A stretch of 63,447 nt of DNA, counting the filler, from Choristocarpus tenellus KU-1152 (Eukaryota > Protista > Phaeophyceae): NCBI GenBank assembly GCA_964200185.2. It is 11 parts of 11 records of this genome, joined end to end, with 100 filler letters (N's around TTAATTAATTAA, not from the genome) between each part and the next. Parts side by side here need not be neighbours in the genome. Positions count along the whole stretch, not along the records: positions 1 to 2,749 come from CAXNAD020025068.1; positions 2,850 to 8,226 come from CAXNAD020010989.1; positions 8,327 to 16,190 come from CAXNAD020005475.1; 8 more parts are not named here. One strand, written 5' to 3'. The position numbers and the translations under genes are program-made. Position 1 is the stretch's first letter. Every line of letters begins with the position of its first letter. The notes beneath the pieces are model-generated. The model did no database searches, was not told where the DNA came from, and worked only from the letters and a program-made list of their open reading frames with translations. Below are positions 1 through 12,743 of this stretch, piece after piece.

Positions 1-71
1 GATTCAATTCAACACAATAATCTCATATACACAAAATAAGATACACTTCACTATTGTCCTATTTTGCACAG

Positions 72-1177
72 GATGATGTGGGGGCTGTGCCGAATCGCTG
101 CTGGATCAAACCCAAGCTTAAATTGTCGCAAAAGGTACGGAGAATGGACTTTGTTTGCGATCAAGTGGATCGGAAACGTGGTGTGTAATGCCTCCATGGC
201 ATGTGGGGGAAACCTGGCTTTACGTGATGGCTGATGGGGAAAGGGTTAGGATATTTCCGCATGAGGATGATAGCGATCTTCCAGGATCCCCTACTGTGCA
301 GCACAAGAGCCATATCCCCCAAACCATGATCATTGCAGCCAACGTCCGCCCAGATTCGGCTCACAGCTTTGGTGGAAAGCTTGGTGTTTGGCGTGTGTGT
401 GCGCCAAAAACGGCAGACTGGACAAGCAAGAACCATAAAAAGGGGGATGTGTGTATGAGCAGGACTGTACTTTTGACCGTTTGTTACAGGAAGTGGTACA
501 CGGAGGAGTTACTGCTTGCAATCAAGACCAAGATGCCTTGGTTGCAGGGAAAGCACATTGTTGTTCAGCAAGACGGTGCCATCCCCCACACGGGCAAGTG
601 ACCCAAAGTATCTTAGAGGGTAGAGCGGTGTCCATTTGGGGGCAAAATCCAATGCTGCGATTTTGATGTAATTCTGGCTATCGTATTTGCTAGGAAGTGT
701 CAATATCCTTGTTCCTTACACACCTTTTCATAACGTAAACAATTTACCTACTCCGAGATATTTTGGAGTAGGAAAATATCATTAAGAAACCGTGGGAAGC
801 CAAATCCCAAATGGACAAATAGGGCAAATCTCGTACCCTCTAAGATAATTTCACTCAAGTACAACTCAGAAATCTTGTCAGGGGCAGGGAAGACAGAGGG
901 GTGGTCGATTAGGCTTGTGACGCAGCCATCTAACTCCCCCAACCTCAATATCATGGACCTGTGCTTCTTTAGGTCTTTGAAATGTCGGGTGATGGGGAAG
1001 CGGTTTGGGTCCGTTGAGGAGATGGTGAAGGTCACTAAGAAACAGTATGAGGAGTACAATGAAACTACACTTGAGAGGGCTTGGCAGCTCCTTTTTGTGG
1101 TGTATAGTCAAGTACTTAGATATAGAGGGGGAAATGACTTCAGTGTGGAGTACACGGGGGTAAGGATGAGGCAGTAG
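72..1177 (+). mobile_element. Degenerate Tc1/mariner (plant-mariner DD39D-like) transposase, interrupted by a MITE
   Basis: Frames give WIKPKLKLSQKVRRMDF, HVGETWLY (cf. HVDEKWFY, first Asp lost), VQHKSHIPQTM, IVVQQDGAIPH and QPSNSPNLNIMDLCFFRSL. There is a frameshift/stop near 190. Removing 600-856 plus one TSD rejoins ORF 155-601 with ORF 875-1177 in frame. Confidence 0.9.
600..856 (+). mobile_element. MITE family A copy (Sola2-like non-autonomous DNA transposon), 257 bp
   Basis: TIRs GACCCAAAGTATCTTAGAGGGTA ... TACCCTCTAAGATAATTTCACTC. Exact 4-bp TSD AAGT at 596-599 and 857-860. Four further homologous copies occur in the window. Confidence 0.9.
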
Positions 1178-1929
1178 TTTTCTGGTGAGCTTGAAAACAT
1201 GCTGAAGGTGGGCATGGAGGCTTTTTCTGTGGTTGATAAAATTGTGATGGATGGGGAGTAATACTAAAAAGAGCTAACGCTCACCAGAAATTCGTCAAGG
1301 ATTCCAAATCTTCTTTCAGAAATCAATTTCATCAACATCCTTAAAAGTTATGGACAACGCAGCACAGACTTATGACACGGAGGTAGTATTAATATGCCGA
1401 ATAAGTAGTTTCTGGTAGTCCAGTGCATGACCCCCAAATTTTTCGACGTGACCAGGACACAGCATTTTCCATGGTCTGGGCGGTGACATGCTAACCTAGC
1501 TGCCCTGCCCATTGTAGGACCCTGAAAAAAAGAAGGAAAGGCAGATAAAAAATAAGAACTATAGGAGAGAGAGAGAGAGAGAGGTAGGAAGGACTTACGA
1601 GGGTAACAAGAGAACCCAGTCAGGTGTGATGCTCTAACAACCCCCCCCAGAAAATTGTGCTACACCAGGTAGACTAAATCCAGTCCAAATAACCCCACAT
1701 ATCATACACAAAAAAGGAAGGAGGAAAAGGAAGTAAGCAATATATAGAGTAATGAACCCCGAAAGAGAAGGGCGTTTTATAAACAGCATTCAACAGAGAA
1801 TGGTGGTGGTAGTGAGGGAGCATGTGCCCTGATCTGTTTGGGCCGTTGTAACTGCTGTTTTAGCACAACGTACATCAGCTATTGCAGCTCCCTTAGAATG
1901 GCACTGTCATTTAACTCATTGTGATGTTG

Positions 1930-2330
1930 GTAGTCAGATATTCGTACCACCTGAGTGGTTGGTTACCCTTGTGGTCAATACCTCAATAATGCAATCTCCA
2001 ACTTCTCAATCGAGGTTATCTAGTGGGCACATGCGACGGTTCTTCTCTTGTCCACCTTGCTTCTATTTCCATCAAGCTCTCCAAACATCAATGCCCATGA
2101 TGTTTGGAAGTTGCTCATCTCCCATGTGTGACACTGACTTTGTAAATAGGAGTCTTCTCCGTTTCTGCACTGGTGCCTTGATAGTCTCACATCCAGTCTT
2201 CACTAGTAATAGTGTACATTGATAGGAGAGGGCACGTGTGTAAGTGCGTTCCTGTTGTTTTTAAAATCCGATAAAGGTTAGGAAGTTTGAGCTGTGTCGA
2301 TGAGAATGAATGTTCGTACATATAAAGTGA
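1930..2330 (-). mobile_element. Degenerate LINE (RTE-like) C-terminal fragment
   Basis: Minus strand reads LTFIGF...ALSY...KTGCETIKAPVQKRRRLLFTKSVSHMGDEQLP/LMFGELDG, resembling the post-RT region of LINEs (ESIE.TVRKRRLLFAG.V.RM...RLPK.VMFGEL). Frameshifted. Confidence 0.65.
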
Positions 2331-2683
2331 ACCTACTATGTCACACAACAAAATAATAGCTCAAGTGCTCCAGGTTTGCTTGAGATCATTCGGATCTTAA
2401 GCTCAAATATTACACCTATGGTCCTGTATAAGGGATCAGATATTCTCTAGAACTCTAGAGATACTCCATTCCCACTCCTCTCCTCCTCACTCCATGGTGC
2501 CTGCGAATAATGTTAGTGGTGGTGTGGGCATTTTGAGATGGGTGGATTTATTATACTAAAAAGTCCTAAGTACAGAGTGTTTACTACCTCTTACTAGTAA
2601 GAACTATGTATATAGAAACTACAATAAAGAACTACACACTTCTTGACAAAGTAGTAGTAGGTGGTACTTCATTTACTAATACA

Positions 2684-2749
2684 TGTGGAAAGCATGTTTG
2701 TCGGTTATTATACCGTTATTGCCGTATGCCATATACCGTTATACCGTGG
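2684..2749 (+). repeat. Dispersed repeat beginning TGTGGAAAGCATG, probable LTR 5' end, cut by the contig end
   Basis: Near-identical to 41114-41174. Homology starts sharply at TG in unrelated flanks and both copies run into a contig end. Confidence 0.6.
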
Positions 2750-2849
2750 NNNNNNNNNNNNNNNNNNNNNNNNNNNNNNNNNNNNNNNNNNNNTTAATTA
2801 ATTAANNNNNNNNNNNNNNNNNNNNNNNNNNNNNNNNNNNNNNNNNNNN
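2750..2849. other. Artificial contig linker (N44-TTAATTAATTAA-N44). Identical linkers at 8227-8326, 16191-16290, 23004-23103, 31440-31539, 34492-34591, 41175-41274, 44777-44876, 50923-51022, 56373-56472
   Basis: Ten identical 100-nt spacers whose core puts stop codons in all six frames. Confidence 0.98.
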
Positions 2850-2975
2850 GGCGCATGTCGATGTCATCGACTGTGGATGAAGTGCAGGAGACACCGGCGA
2901 GGGGGGCGGGGAGGGGGTTAGGAGCAGGGGCGGGACGAGACCGGGGGCGATTTATGGACTTTTCATCTGTCGCAG
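2850..2975 (+). CDS. Probable upstream low-complexity exon of the CENP-C gene (5' truncated by contig start)
   Basis: Open frame RMSMSSTVDEVQETPARGAGRGLGAGAGRDRGRFMDFSSVA ends at CAG|gtgtgt in phase 1, compatible with the acceptor at 4946. A 10-N gap at 4791-4800 could hide further exons. Confidence 0.45.
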
Positions 2976-4702
2976 GTGTGTGAACAGTGGGTGGTCCTTT
3001 GACAATATTTCCTGTTCCGGTCCTGGTCTGGCAAGAAAGCATTGGGTTTGATGTGAACTTGAGTTTTGTATTTTGGTTTTTTCTTGTTCTATGATGGGGG
3101 GGAGGAAATTTGACATGTGCTTGTATTGTCATGTCTATATTACTCTATTTATACATAGAAGTCCTTTGAATGTGGAGATATTTTGTGTGATTTTTTGGGG
3201 GGGAAGGTGGCATGAGATTTCTCTAACCTTTTAACCAATGTTTCTGAAATTGATGTTAATGGTGTGTACTGTATGTATGCCTTCATCATGTGTATTCCAC
3301 TTTTCCTCATTCAAACACTGTAAGTTTGAAGTTGATGGCTGAGGTGTGGGCACCTCAAGACACTTTCTACGCTTCTTTTTTTTCAGGCAAAGATATATAT
3401 TTTTTGAAACGTATATGTTCTTAACAAGAGGCTGCTGTTCCATTGGCTGCTCTTACAGAATGCGGTAGATTTGTGTTCAAAGATTCCTCGCTCCTGTTGT
3501 CTTGAGGACTCGAAGTTTGTCTTTTTTCAACGTGGGACTTATTTTAACAGAAACCGATACAACCAAATGCCCCAGGGTTCTAGGGTTCTAGTCTTGGAGC
3601 ATCCCACCTCTCATACATTATTTTTTGTTATCGTATAGCTATATCTTGTTTTTTTTTTCTTGTCTATCCTTTCACCCCCAATTTCTTCCCTACACTCTGC
3701 TTTACAATTGCAGTGCTTCATTGCGGTGAATGAACGCCTTCCACTATTATAGGAGAGTGCCCACTGGAAGATCTGACTTGTATACATCTTGAGTTTTTTT
3801 TTCATGGAACCACCCCTCAGAAGCATTGAGACCTTCGAGTGATATCACCTTTTGTAGCAAGGGGCCTAACCCTCAAGGTTTCCCAGATTATAGGGCTAGG
3901 GATAAGAATAGATGTAATCCAACCCACTTAATTGGACTATCCTCTTCTTCTGCGTGAGGAATTGGAGTGTGGGGTTGCCTCCATTGGATTCTATGTGGAA
4001 AATGGGGCAGGTAGAACCTATCAGTTTTGACGCTCCATCCACCTCGGCCACCTTGACGGGGGAAGATAAAATTGAAGCGCTTACAAGCTGTGCAGGGAGA
4101 GGTCTCATTGGTGATCTCTCTACAAGGAAGTGTGGAGGGTGTGATTGGTCCTGTGTATGCCAATTTTTCATTTTTGTGTCTTGAATTATGGGCCTAGTCA
4201 TTCGCAGTACTTTGTATTACTGTAGGGTTATGGCTGATCAAGTAATATATATATATATACATAGTATGTATTATTAATCTCAAAGTTTTGGGGCAGAACA
4301 CAACCTGTAGGGGTTTTAGTACACTTTTTGTAGTAAGGGTTGCAGTGAAGTGCATGCCTTGTCCCACTTCAAAAGCTAATAAAAGCTTTTAAAAAAAAAT
4401 CAGAAAGCTCAAAACCTGTTCCAAAGAGTGTTAAAGTATCTGCTCTAATGTTGATTGTCTAGTACCTGAAGTCCTTTCCCATTCCCTTTTTTTGGAAACC
4501 TGTCGCTCACTCCCCCTCCCCCCCCCGTACAATTTGCTTTGGCTCAGATTATTCCGGAGTAGGCGCATCTACTTTACTTGTAGGGGAGAACATGAAAGCA
4601 GTGGTAGGGTGTGATTATTTTTCTCCATTTGAAGTACACCCTTTGCTTGTCCTTGTTTGAACATCAATACTATAGTTGAAAGCATGAATATCCCTATGTG
4701 TG

Positions 4703-4733
<31 letters not shown>

Positions 4734-4946
4734 ACCAACCCCCTCGAACAAAAAACAAAAAAAAAACACAAAAATAAAAGAAAAAAGAGANNNNNNNNNN
4801 TTTTTTTTTTTTTTTTTTTAATTTTAAAAAAAAAAAAAAAAAACTAAAATAACATTATCCCCCCCCCCCCCCCCCCCCCCCCCCCCCACTTCTTTGACAC
4901 CTGATGGTTCTTGGAATAAAAAAAGAAAAAGGAAGTCAGACTCCAG

Positions 4947-7792
4947 GGGTAAGGCGCTCGGGTCGTCAGCGGATGCCACCTTTGAAGTGGTGGAAGGGCG
5001 ATCATGTAGTATATGAAGCAGAAAAGGAAGGTGTATTAGCTGTGGCCGGTATCGTTAAGGGGCAGCCCACCCCTGTGCAGTCCAGGTTTGGTCATACAAC
5101 TTTTCCTTCTTTGGAGGGGGGGGTTGTTGAAATGATGATGTGGGACTGTGAGTTCATAGAGTGTACTCTTGCACATGAGGATGTAGTGGACTTTGCCTGT
5201 TGTGTCTTGTGATGTACAACAGTTTTGTTCCACCTTTTTTCAGGGGAAGTGAGTGGTCATCTCTGAAGAGAAGTGTACCCTGATTTGGGGAACGGAGTAG
5301 CTATGAAGCACATTGTTGAGGTGCTATTTCAGCGAACACATGTGTGTCCTTTGTCTGGATACAAGTGTGTTGCTTGTGGAGGAGAAGGTTGATGAGGGTA
5401 GAGTGTCAGCAGAGTTGACTGTTACCACGGTAGATCAGTTTCCCATTTTTCAAGGAAGCAGGAGATAGCAGAATCTCTCCCCCCTTGCAGCACATCATGT
5501 ACAAGGCACTGCCACTTCTTACCTGTCAAAACTCATACGTACACAGACTAGAGTGTGGGTTCGTGGGTTTTACTGGCCAATCTCATTGCATGGTTTTCAT
5601 TGGCCAATTACATTGCAGGAAGCGTGGGCGCACAGGGGTTGGGGCCATAGGGGGAGGTCTGGGTGGGAGCAAGAGGGGCAGGCTGGAGCCCCTGAGCCCA
5701 TCAAAGCTGACGGCATTGCCTCAAGGGAGTTATCTGAGGAAGGAGGAGGCATGTGTTGTGTGGGATGAGGACACTGCGGAGCATGTTAAGAGGCGTGAGT
5801 GGTATTTTGAGATGTTGCATACTTGGGGGTGGTGGACTCCAATCGTTTCTGAAAATGGTGTATTTATGCAATTGTATGCATGAGGTGGCGTTTGGTGGTG
5901 TACTAGGTCTAGTCAAGTAATTCAATCATTTTGTTACTGATTCTTTTCTTCTTTCTGGAATTGCTTCTATTGTTGAGGTGAAATTGCCCTCTCTTCCCCT
6001 TTTTCTCCCCTACTCTAGGCCTCTCTCTACACCTGTGACAGATTTATGAAACCTTTTCAGAATATTTTTTGAAGGTTAATTTTTGTAGAGTATTGAGTTG
6101 TTTTTTCATGGTATCAGTACCTTGAATTGTTAGGAAACAGGGTTTGATCTCCCTCTGACAAACGCTCAACTTCAAAACGTACTCACTGATATTCTGCACA
6201 TTTTGAAACCTGTTGCAAAATAAAAACAGTTTTTGTGTGTCCAGTATCTATGTATTGCCTACTCACCCTGGGAACTCCCAGCTCAACAATCTCCCTCTCT
6301 CAATTTGTTGTGTCCCCGTTCAAGCTGTTATCATATCTTGGTACTCTGTTTAGACTAGCTCTGTGGCTAGCGTAAGGTAGTATTCTTCACCCTGTGCCTC
6401 TTTTTATTTTTATCAAGCACAAGTTGCATCTGCTTTGGTGGTGAAGCACTGTACAGTGTGGCCAATGTAATGTGGTCTCATTTGCTTTAGGAGGACAATC
6501 AAGGCTGACAATCGTAACACACCACAGTGATTAGTTACATTAGACACACACACACACAACCTCCCCCCTCCCATCTCAAACCCCGTTGTGAGGGAATAGG
6601 AGTCCCAATCACAGGTTCCGCTGGGGACCAACAGCTCAAATGGTCTTACCCTACTACCCCCACCCCAACCCTCCTCTTCAACGTATGGCTGCTATATATA
6701 TCTCTTCCTGAAGAGGTGGTTATGCGATCCGACAACTTGGTTCAGAATCAGTTGGAACCGACAGGTCACCGAGTACCAGGGAAGGACAAGGCTGGGTCGG
6801 CAGCACAGGTGCGGTGAGGTGGGGAGTAGAGAGGTGTGAGGTGGGATGGCAACGATTATAACTGAAATATGACATGACATGAGAGATACGAAGATGTAGG
6901 GTGTATAGAAGGTTTCAGAATAAATGCGCACCACTCACTTGAATGATAGTTTCACATTCTATTGGTATCAATGATGCTTTTCTGCCCACACACTCTCCCA
7001 CTTGAATGGATTTTTTTACTTATTACTTGGGGGTTGGGATCGGCATTTGTATACACAGGCATTTAGCGTCCCTGCAGAGGCAGATATCTCTGGTTGGCTG
7101 TCTGGGACCCTCCAACTGCCTCCAACAGCTGTGAAGGATGCAGAACATGTGGCTAGAAGCACACAGATATACTGGGTTGGGGACTGCCAGCCCAACGCCC
7201 TTGAGCTGGCTCTGGCCATGCCTGACAATGAGGTAGGGTACAAAAAAATCCAATCACAGTTAACGACTGTAAAGCGACATACAGTCATTATGATAAGTGC
7301 TGTTGGTATCAGTTGGAGTTACTCTGCACTGTAAAAAACTTGGCTGCAATATAGAGTAGAAATTCATTCTGCACGAAGAGTCTTAATCGTTGTCCATGGA
7401 TGAACTGTAACGACTGTTTGGGGAGGAAATTGGATCCATTGAATGGATGGAACCTCTCTATCTTAGGGACTTTTGGTACATGATGTCAACACCTAGAGGG
7501 AGAGTGGTATGTCATGGTTGGACGAATTGGTGCCTTCTCCCCATATCTCTCCTCATCTCCAATCCCCAAAACCTTAACTCACCCTCATGCTCATGTAAAA
7601 CTAAGCCCATAGCCCACTCCTATCCCTCATTGATTGCTTCACAAGGTGCGGAACGATTTTTTCGACCCCAGCACTGCCCAGCGCTTTCTCCTGTCCCCCG
7701 GGGACCACTTTTACATCCCTGTGAACAATATTTACCGTCTTGAAAACCATTCACTTGAGGCAGATGCTCTCATTTATTGGACTGTGCTCAAG
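4947..7792 (+). CDS. CENPC: Centromere protein C (CENP-C/Mif2/Cnp3), partial. Exons ~4947-5085, 5619-5794, 6714-6808, 7059-7232, 7646-7792
   Basis: CENP-C motif GVRRSGRQRMPPLKWWKGDHVVY, then a C-terminal cupin (SGTLQLPPTAVKDAEH...FLLSPGDHFYIPVNNIYRLENHS...ALIYWTVLK). All four introns are GT-AG with matching phases (2,1,0,0). The last exon ends at a donor, so the stop is not in this contig. Confidence 0.9.
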
Positions 7793-8326
7793 GTGAGTTG
7801 ATTATTGCCTTGTGTTACCTCTGAGTGGAAACTCCCTCTTCTCTGCCTCCATGTTTATTTACCTGAGGTCATATGTGGTCTGATTTTTGGTGTATGTTTG
7901 GTTAGTGTGTTTCTCCATATCCAGTATGTTTATCGCCTGGTGTTTATTTCCATCTTTCCCATGCCACCTCTCGATCCAACTTCTACAAAAACATTTTCAT
8001 GGCTAGCATACACTTGGGTTTGGAGTAGTACGCTCTCTTGAAGAGTTGTAAGGAGTTCAGTCTATGGTGTCCTCATAAGTCCACATCATCAACTTGAGAT
8101 TTTCACATTAGATAAGGGCCATTAGCACTATTTCAGTGAACACTATCTTGGGAAGGTATCTCCAACCCACCCCTTCCTTCATCCCCCCTCCCCGTCACTG
8201 CCTGGATATGTGTGCTGTTTTTTTCTNNNNNNNNNNNNNNNNNNNNNNNNNNNNNNNNNNNNNNNNNNNNTTAATTAATTAANNNNNNNNNNNNNNNNNN
8301 NNNNNNNNNNNNNNNNNNNNNNNNNN

Positions 8327-11300
8327 CGGCCCCTGTAGCTTCTCCTGCCTTGCTCACCCCCATCGCCTGAATTCCTACTGCCTTCAGTCCCACCCCCAGT
8401 CTCGAGGCAGCCTTAGCCTCCAATGCCTGCCGACGTCCAACCTTCTTCTTGCTCAGCTCCTCCACCACATTACCTTCTGCCCACCTCAGCCTTGCTATGA
8501 AGCCGACCCTGACAAACTCTTCCTTCACAGGGCTAGTGAATGGAGTCCCAGGGGTGTTAGGGGTTGGGGAAGATGCTGGGGAAAGAGGTGGGGCAGTACA
8601 TCAGAGACATAAGGGGAAATGTAAGAGGGAGGGGGAGAGGGGATCTGATAGGGTAAGGATTCAATACCAGAAACTACATTCGACCAGTCGAATTCACACC
8701 TTGCTTCCAGTTATCTCACCATTCCAATCTGCTATCCCGCGTCCTCCCATATATGTCTTAAGTGATACTTATGAAACAACCTGTCATAGCCTCCCCATCC
8801 AAAGGTTGTGCCAATAGTGCCAATTAAAGAGGAAAGTTACTCTTTACTTCAGTGAACCTGTACACTGCTACAACGGCTTGGCTTTCCATCACTTCTATCT
8901 CTCCTACCCTGATCTTGCCAAATGCCTAACCCTCCTCCCTATTTTCATTGCTTGCTGTCCTTCAAGAAACACAGACTGGGCGTTTGTCACCAGAATCACC
9001 CTTCTTTGAAGGATAACAAAATCACTCTCAAGGGTACGGACGATAAAGCCCTGCACAATCATTCATCACACGTCCTACTTTCTCCCCCTGCAACCACTAA
9101 TGCATGGGTAGTCATAGCCTGAAAGGTCTTTGCAGGGTGGTAGTTCAGTGGAGATGGTTAGGATTATAGAGCAATTGAACTAATCTCAACACCTCACCAT
9201 CATCTGCAGGCCTGTCAGAGACTGTTCCATAGAGGGTGGAGTGGGTGGAGCGTATTACCACCACCTTCTCATCAATGTTGGGTTCTACATCCACTTCCAG
9301 AGTTGGGGTAAGCTCAAGGCCAACCAAGTCACGAAGAGGCAGCTAGCAAGGGTGGGAAGAGGTCCGGTTTAGCTCGGTGATTTTGGAGTGGTGTAGTTTG
9401 TGTGTGTGTGTGTGCAGTCAGGACAAGTAAGATGGTGGTGACTACAGGATCTAGAAAGCGTCAATACTTGCCAGTAGCAATTGAAGAGAGTACTCAATTC
9501 CCATTAAGTGAGTAAATTTACATTGCTCGGGTAGTGAACTTCTTTGATGTGAACAACTTGGTAGAGCAAGACCATCACATTGACCTCCCTACACACCAAC
9601 CTTCTCATTGCGACACCTCGCTTGCACTGTTCCATCCATACTGCTATACAATTAGTGGATTTAACAAGCAGTCTTCTCATGGTGCTACAAATCAGTCCTT
9701 CCTATACAAAATAAAGTAATGCGCAGTACAAGCCAGTCATTGCTCCCTACACGAGATGCACCCAAGTCCTGATACTTGACAAGGCATTCTCCAAGAGTTG
9801 AAGGATCACCAGGGCCACGGACACGCCAGCATGTTTCGCACACAATGAAGCACATATCAGCATGCTGCAGCATACTATCTAGCTGCAAACAGGCCCTTGG
9901 CGATACATAATGCATCGATTTGGTGTGAGAAGGGAAGCAAGGGTGGAGTACACACTACTCTACACTTTCAAACCACACCATAAATCTCCCAAGGACCAGC
10001 AAAGCAATTATACAACCAATGGGAATGGAGCCATTCCGCAACAGACTTAACACTCTTCTGTGAACGAAAAATCAAGAAAGAACTCGCCACGAACATTCAG
10101 CAAAGCAATGATATAGAACTATGAGTACCTGGGGAGCAAGCAAGTACACACTTCGCCTCCTCCTTGCTTACCTGAAAACAAAATGAGGAGTCTCCCGTCC
10201 TGCGAATTACGCTGTTGTCCAGCGGGTTGTAGGCAGAGACAGGGAGGGTCATATACGTCTCCAGTTCTGAGAATGGCCCTGGGGCCTGGATTGCTGATGT
10301 TGTCTCAGTAGAAGCTCGAAACTTTAGTACCCCGGGACCCTTAGATCTGTTCTAGTGAGCGGCATGGAACGTGGGGTGGGGCGGGGAGGGGTGTAGCCCT
10401 TCTGTGGTGTGCTAAATAGAGTTAAGGAGAGACATCTTTATGGACCCTAGGATTGTTTGCTTTTTTTCCCTGTGAGGACCATTGTGCAGAAAATATATTG
10501 CTCCTTGAGCAAGAAGAATGGATAAAGGTGAGTGGTTTCAAACCTTAATCCCTTTCAAGGTTCTTGGTCACCAACTGATCATTGAAAGCTATACGGAGTT
10601 CAAAGGTTAGATACCAATTACCATTCCTTGCTAGTGCTACATGTGCAAATGGCTCTTTTCCCATCTCGTCAGTCTCAAAACAAAAAAAATAATCCTATTA
10701 CCTACACAGAGTTTCCTTTACTGCATTGAGAGGACTGCATTAACACCCCTCAACTCCTGTACCAATGTACAAACATTCCAGTCTGCAGCAAAATTCGAGG
10801 TCAAATGGTGCAGCACCTCAACAGCCACACTTCCATCTGCAACTACAATGCATGGGAAAGGATGTAAGTAGTGTAAATAGGGTGTGCAGGATAGGGCAAA
10901 TATTACAGGATAAGGTCACATTTATTTCTGTTGTCAATGCTACCAAACCAGTTACCCTGGAGGCCATCACTTGGGGATGATTGGTATTTGAAGTTTTGTA
11001 ACATCTCCTTTCCCATCCAGGACTATGCAAGGATAGAAAGATAATTGACACCCCACGATCAGCCTCATGAGTACACTGTTGTGTTCCCAGCCATGCAAGA
11101 GTTAGGTTGGCGGGTAAGAGGAAGGCTCAAGGATGTTATTCACGCACCTCCCACCAGGACCTAGCCTCTTCCAGAATGGGAGATCAGGCTCATCTTGGTA
11201 ATCCCGCGTTCCTGACATCATGGATAACAATTCCTTCTCCACTTGTCCCTCATCCACCTCGTTCCAGTCGTCGTCTTCATCTCCTTCGGACAAGGGATGA

Positions 11301-12303
11301 TCGTGACCTGCATCATCCCTTAATAATACCTCTGCCTCCTCAAGTTCTGGTAGGGGCAACATAAGTGTGCATATGCATATGTGTGTATGTGTATGCGCAA
11401 GGGAGTGGCAGCAACAGTAGGGGAGGGGGACAAGGGGACAAATGATCAACAGTGGATATCCTTGCCTACCCAAGCCTCACCAAAAACGTTTTTAGCTAGG
11501 GTGGGGTTCGCAAGGCCTCTCCCCCTATTCCACCTGCTGCTCCAAGAGGAGATCTTTGCCACCTTTTGGTTTTAGCCCTCTCAGTAACAACAAGGAAGAT
11601 TGAGAGAAGCGAAATTCTCAAGAATGACAACAGAATGTTACTTAATATCAATATACTAACTCCCTGTCGTAAGCCCTATTGCCATGACACAGGATCTGAT
11701 TGACATATAGAACACGTATCTCCCCATACTTGCCACCCCAGCCAAACAAGCAGAGTTGCGAGTTCCTTCTGCAGTGAAGTCCTAGTAGTCAACCATTACT
11801 ACGATAAGCTCCAATTATCTCGATATCTCCACTATGAAGATGACATTAATGCACGCTCCCTCACCCTCATCTTGAAAATGATAATTTTCGGTTCCTTCGA
11901 CCGCATCCTCCGAGGAGAAGACTGATCCGACGATGTCATTAAGCGATCTCACGATACGGTTGAGCGCTCCAGCTGGACTCTCCACACCTCTAGTCAACTT
12001 TTCTGTCAGAAAGCGATTTCTTCCTCGTCCTTCAGGCACTTCCCCCTCCGAAGAATTGAAAGGGTCTGTTGCAGGGTCGTCTTCAGTTTCCGACCTTACA
12101 CCTGGCCTCGCATCTTTGATGGCCTTTAGATTTACGACTCCTGTACGGGAAGCGACGCCTGCGATTCTGATCCCTACCGATGACCTCAAGCGTGGCACAC
12201 ACCGCTCTCCACCAAACCTCGGAGGGCAGAGGTAGTACCCTGCAGAAGGACGGGCAGGGAGTAGAAAGGCGATTGCGGCAACATAACCGCCGTTCAACCT
12301 CAT
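8327..12303 (-). CDS. DUF1997-like protein with N-terminal signal/transit-like presequence, 3' truncated. Exons 12303-11865, 11346-11148, 10346-10172, 9342-9198, 8575-<8327
   Basis: GT-AG introns are phase-consistent (1,2,0,1). The spliced product contains LETYMTLPVSAYNPLD...FCFQLPLRDLVGLELTPTLEVDVEP...FIARLRW, which resembles DUF1997 proteins (recalled similarity, not searched). The N-terminus is hydrophobic, followed by an Arg/Ser-rich stretch. Confidence 0.75.
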
Positions 12304-12743
12304 TTGATACTACAGCAGTTCTGTTATCTTCAACAAATGGGTTGAAGGTGGGATAGAGACTATGATCTACTTCTTTCCCGTTGAACCCAGCAAAGAGATC
12401 TACAGAGCTTTTCTCTTCACACAGGCACTGGTCATCCCAGCTACGACACTGAACCACAAAGTGATCTGCACAGAGGCAGATAAAACCTTTGGTGGTCAGA
12501 TGGATGTAACACCACTCTTGTTGAGGGTGGGTTGTTACCTCAACTGAAGTTTAGAACTCAAATCCGCGCGCAAGGAGAACGTCCTCGCGGTCGGTTTTCA
12601 TCTCTCTGAAGACACTTCTCAATGATACTGTGACATGGAAGAAGTATCCCAGATCTGAGATTTTGTGTGGGGTTGAGTTGGGGGAATTGGGTGGTCTCGT
12701 TCGCAGTTTTGCAATAAGTTTTGCTTCGTCCCCTCTGGTCAAG
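12304..12743. promoter_or_regulatory. Probable bidirectional promoter/5' UTR region between divergent genes
   Basis: Only 440 bp separate the minus-strand ATG (12303) and the plus-strand ATG (12744) on one contig. The region retains CpG. Confidence 0.5.

Noticed and set aside
2794-2805. Recurrent TTAATTAATTAA palindrome as a biological motif
   Set aside because: It is always centred in N-runs of fixed length and is a synthetic six-frame stop linker.
3954-4184. ORF as an additional CENP-C exon
   Set aside because: Splice sites and phase are not convincing and there is no recognisable motif. Left unassigned.
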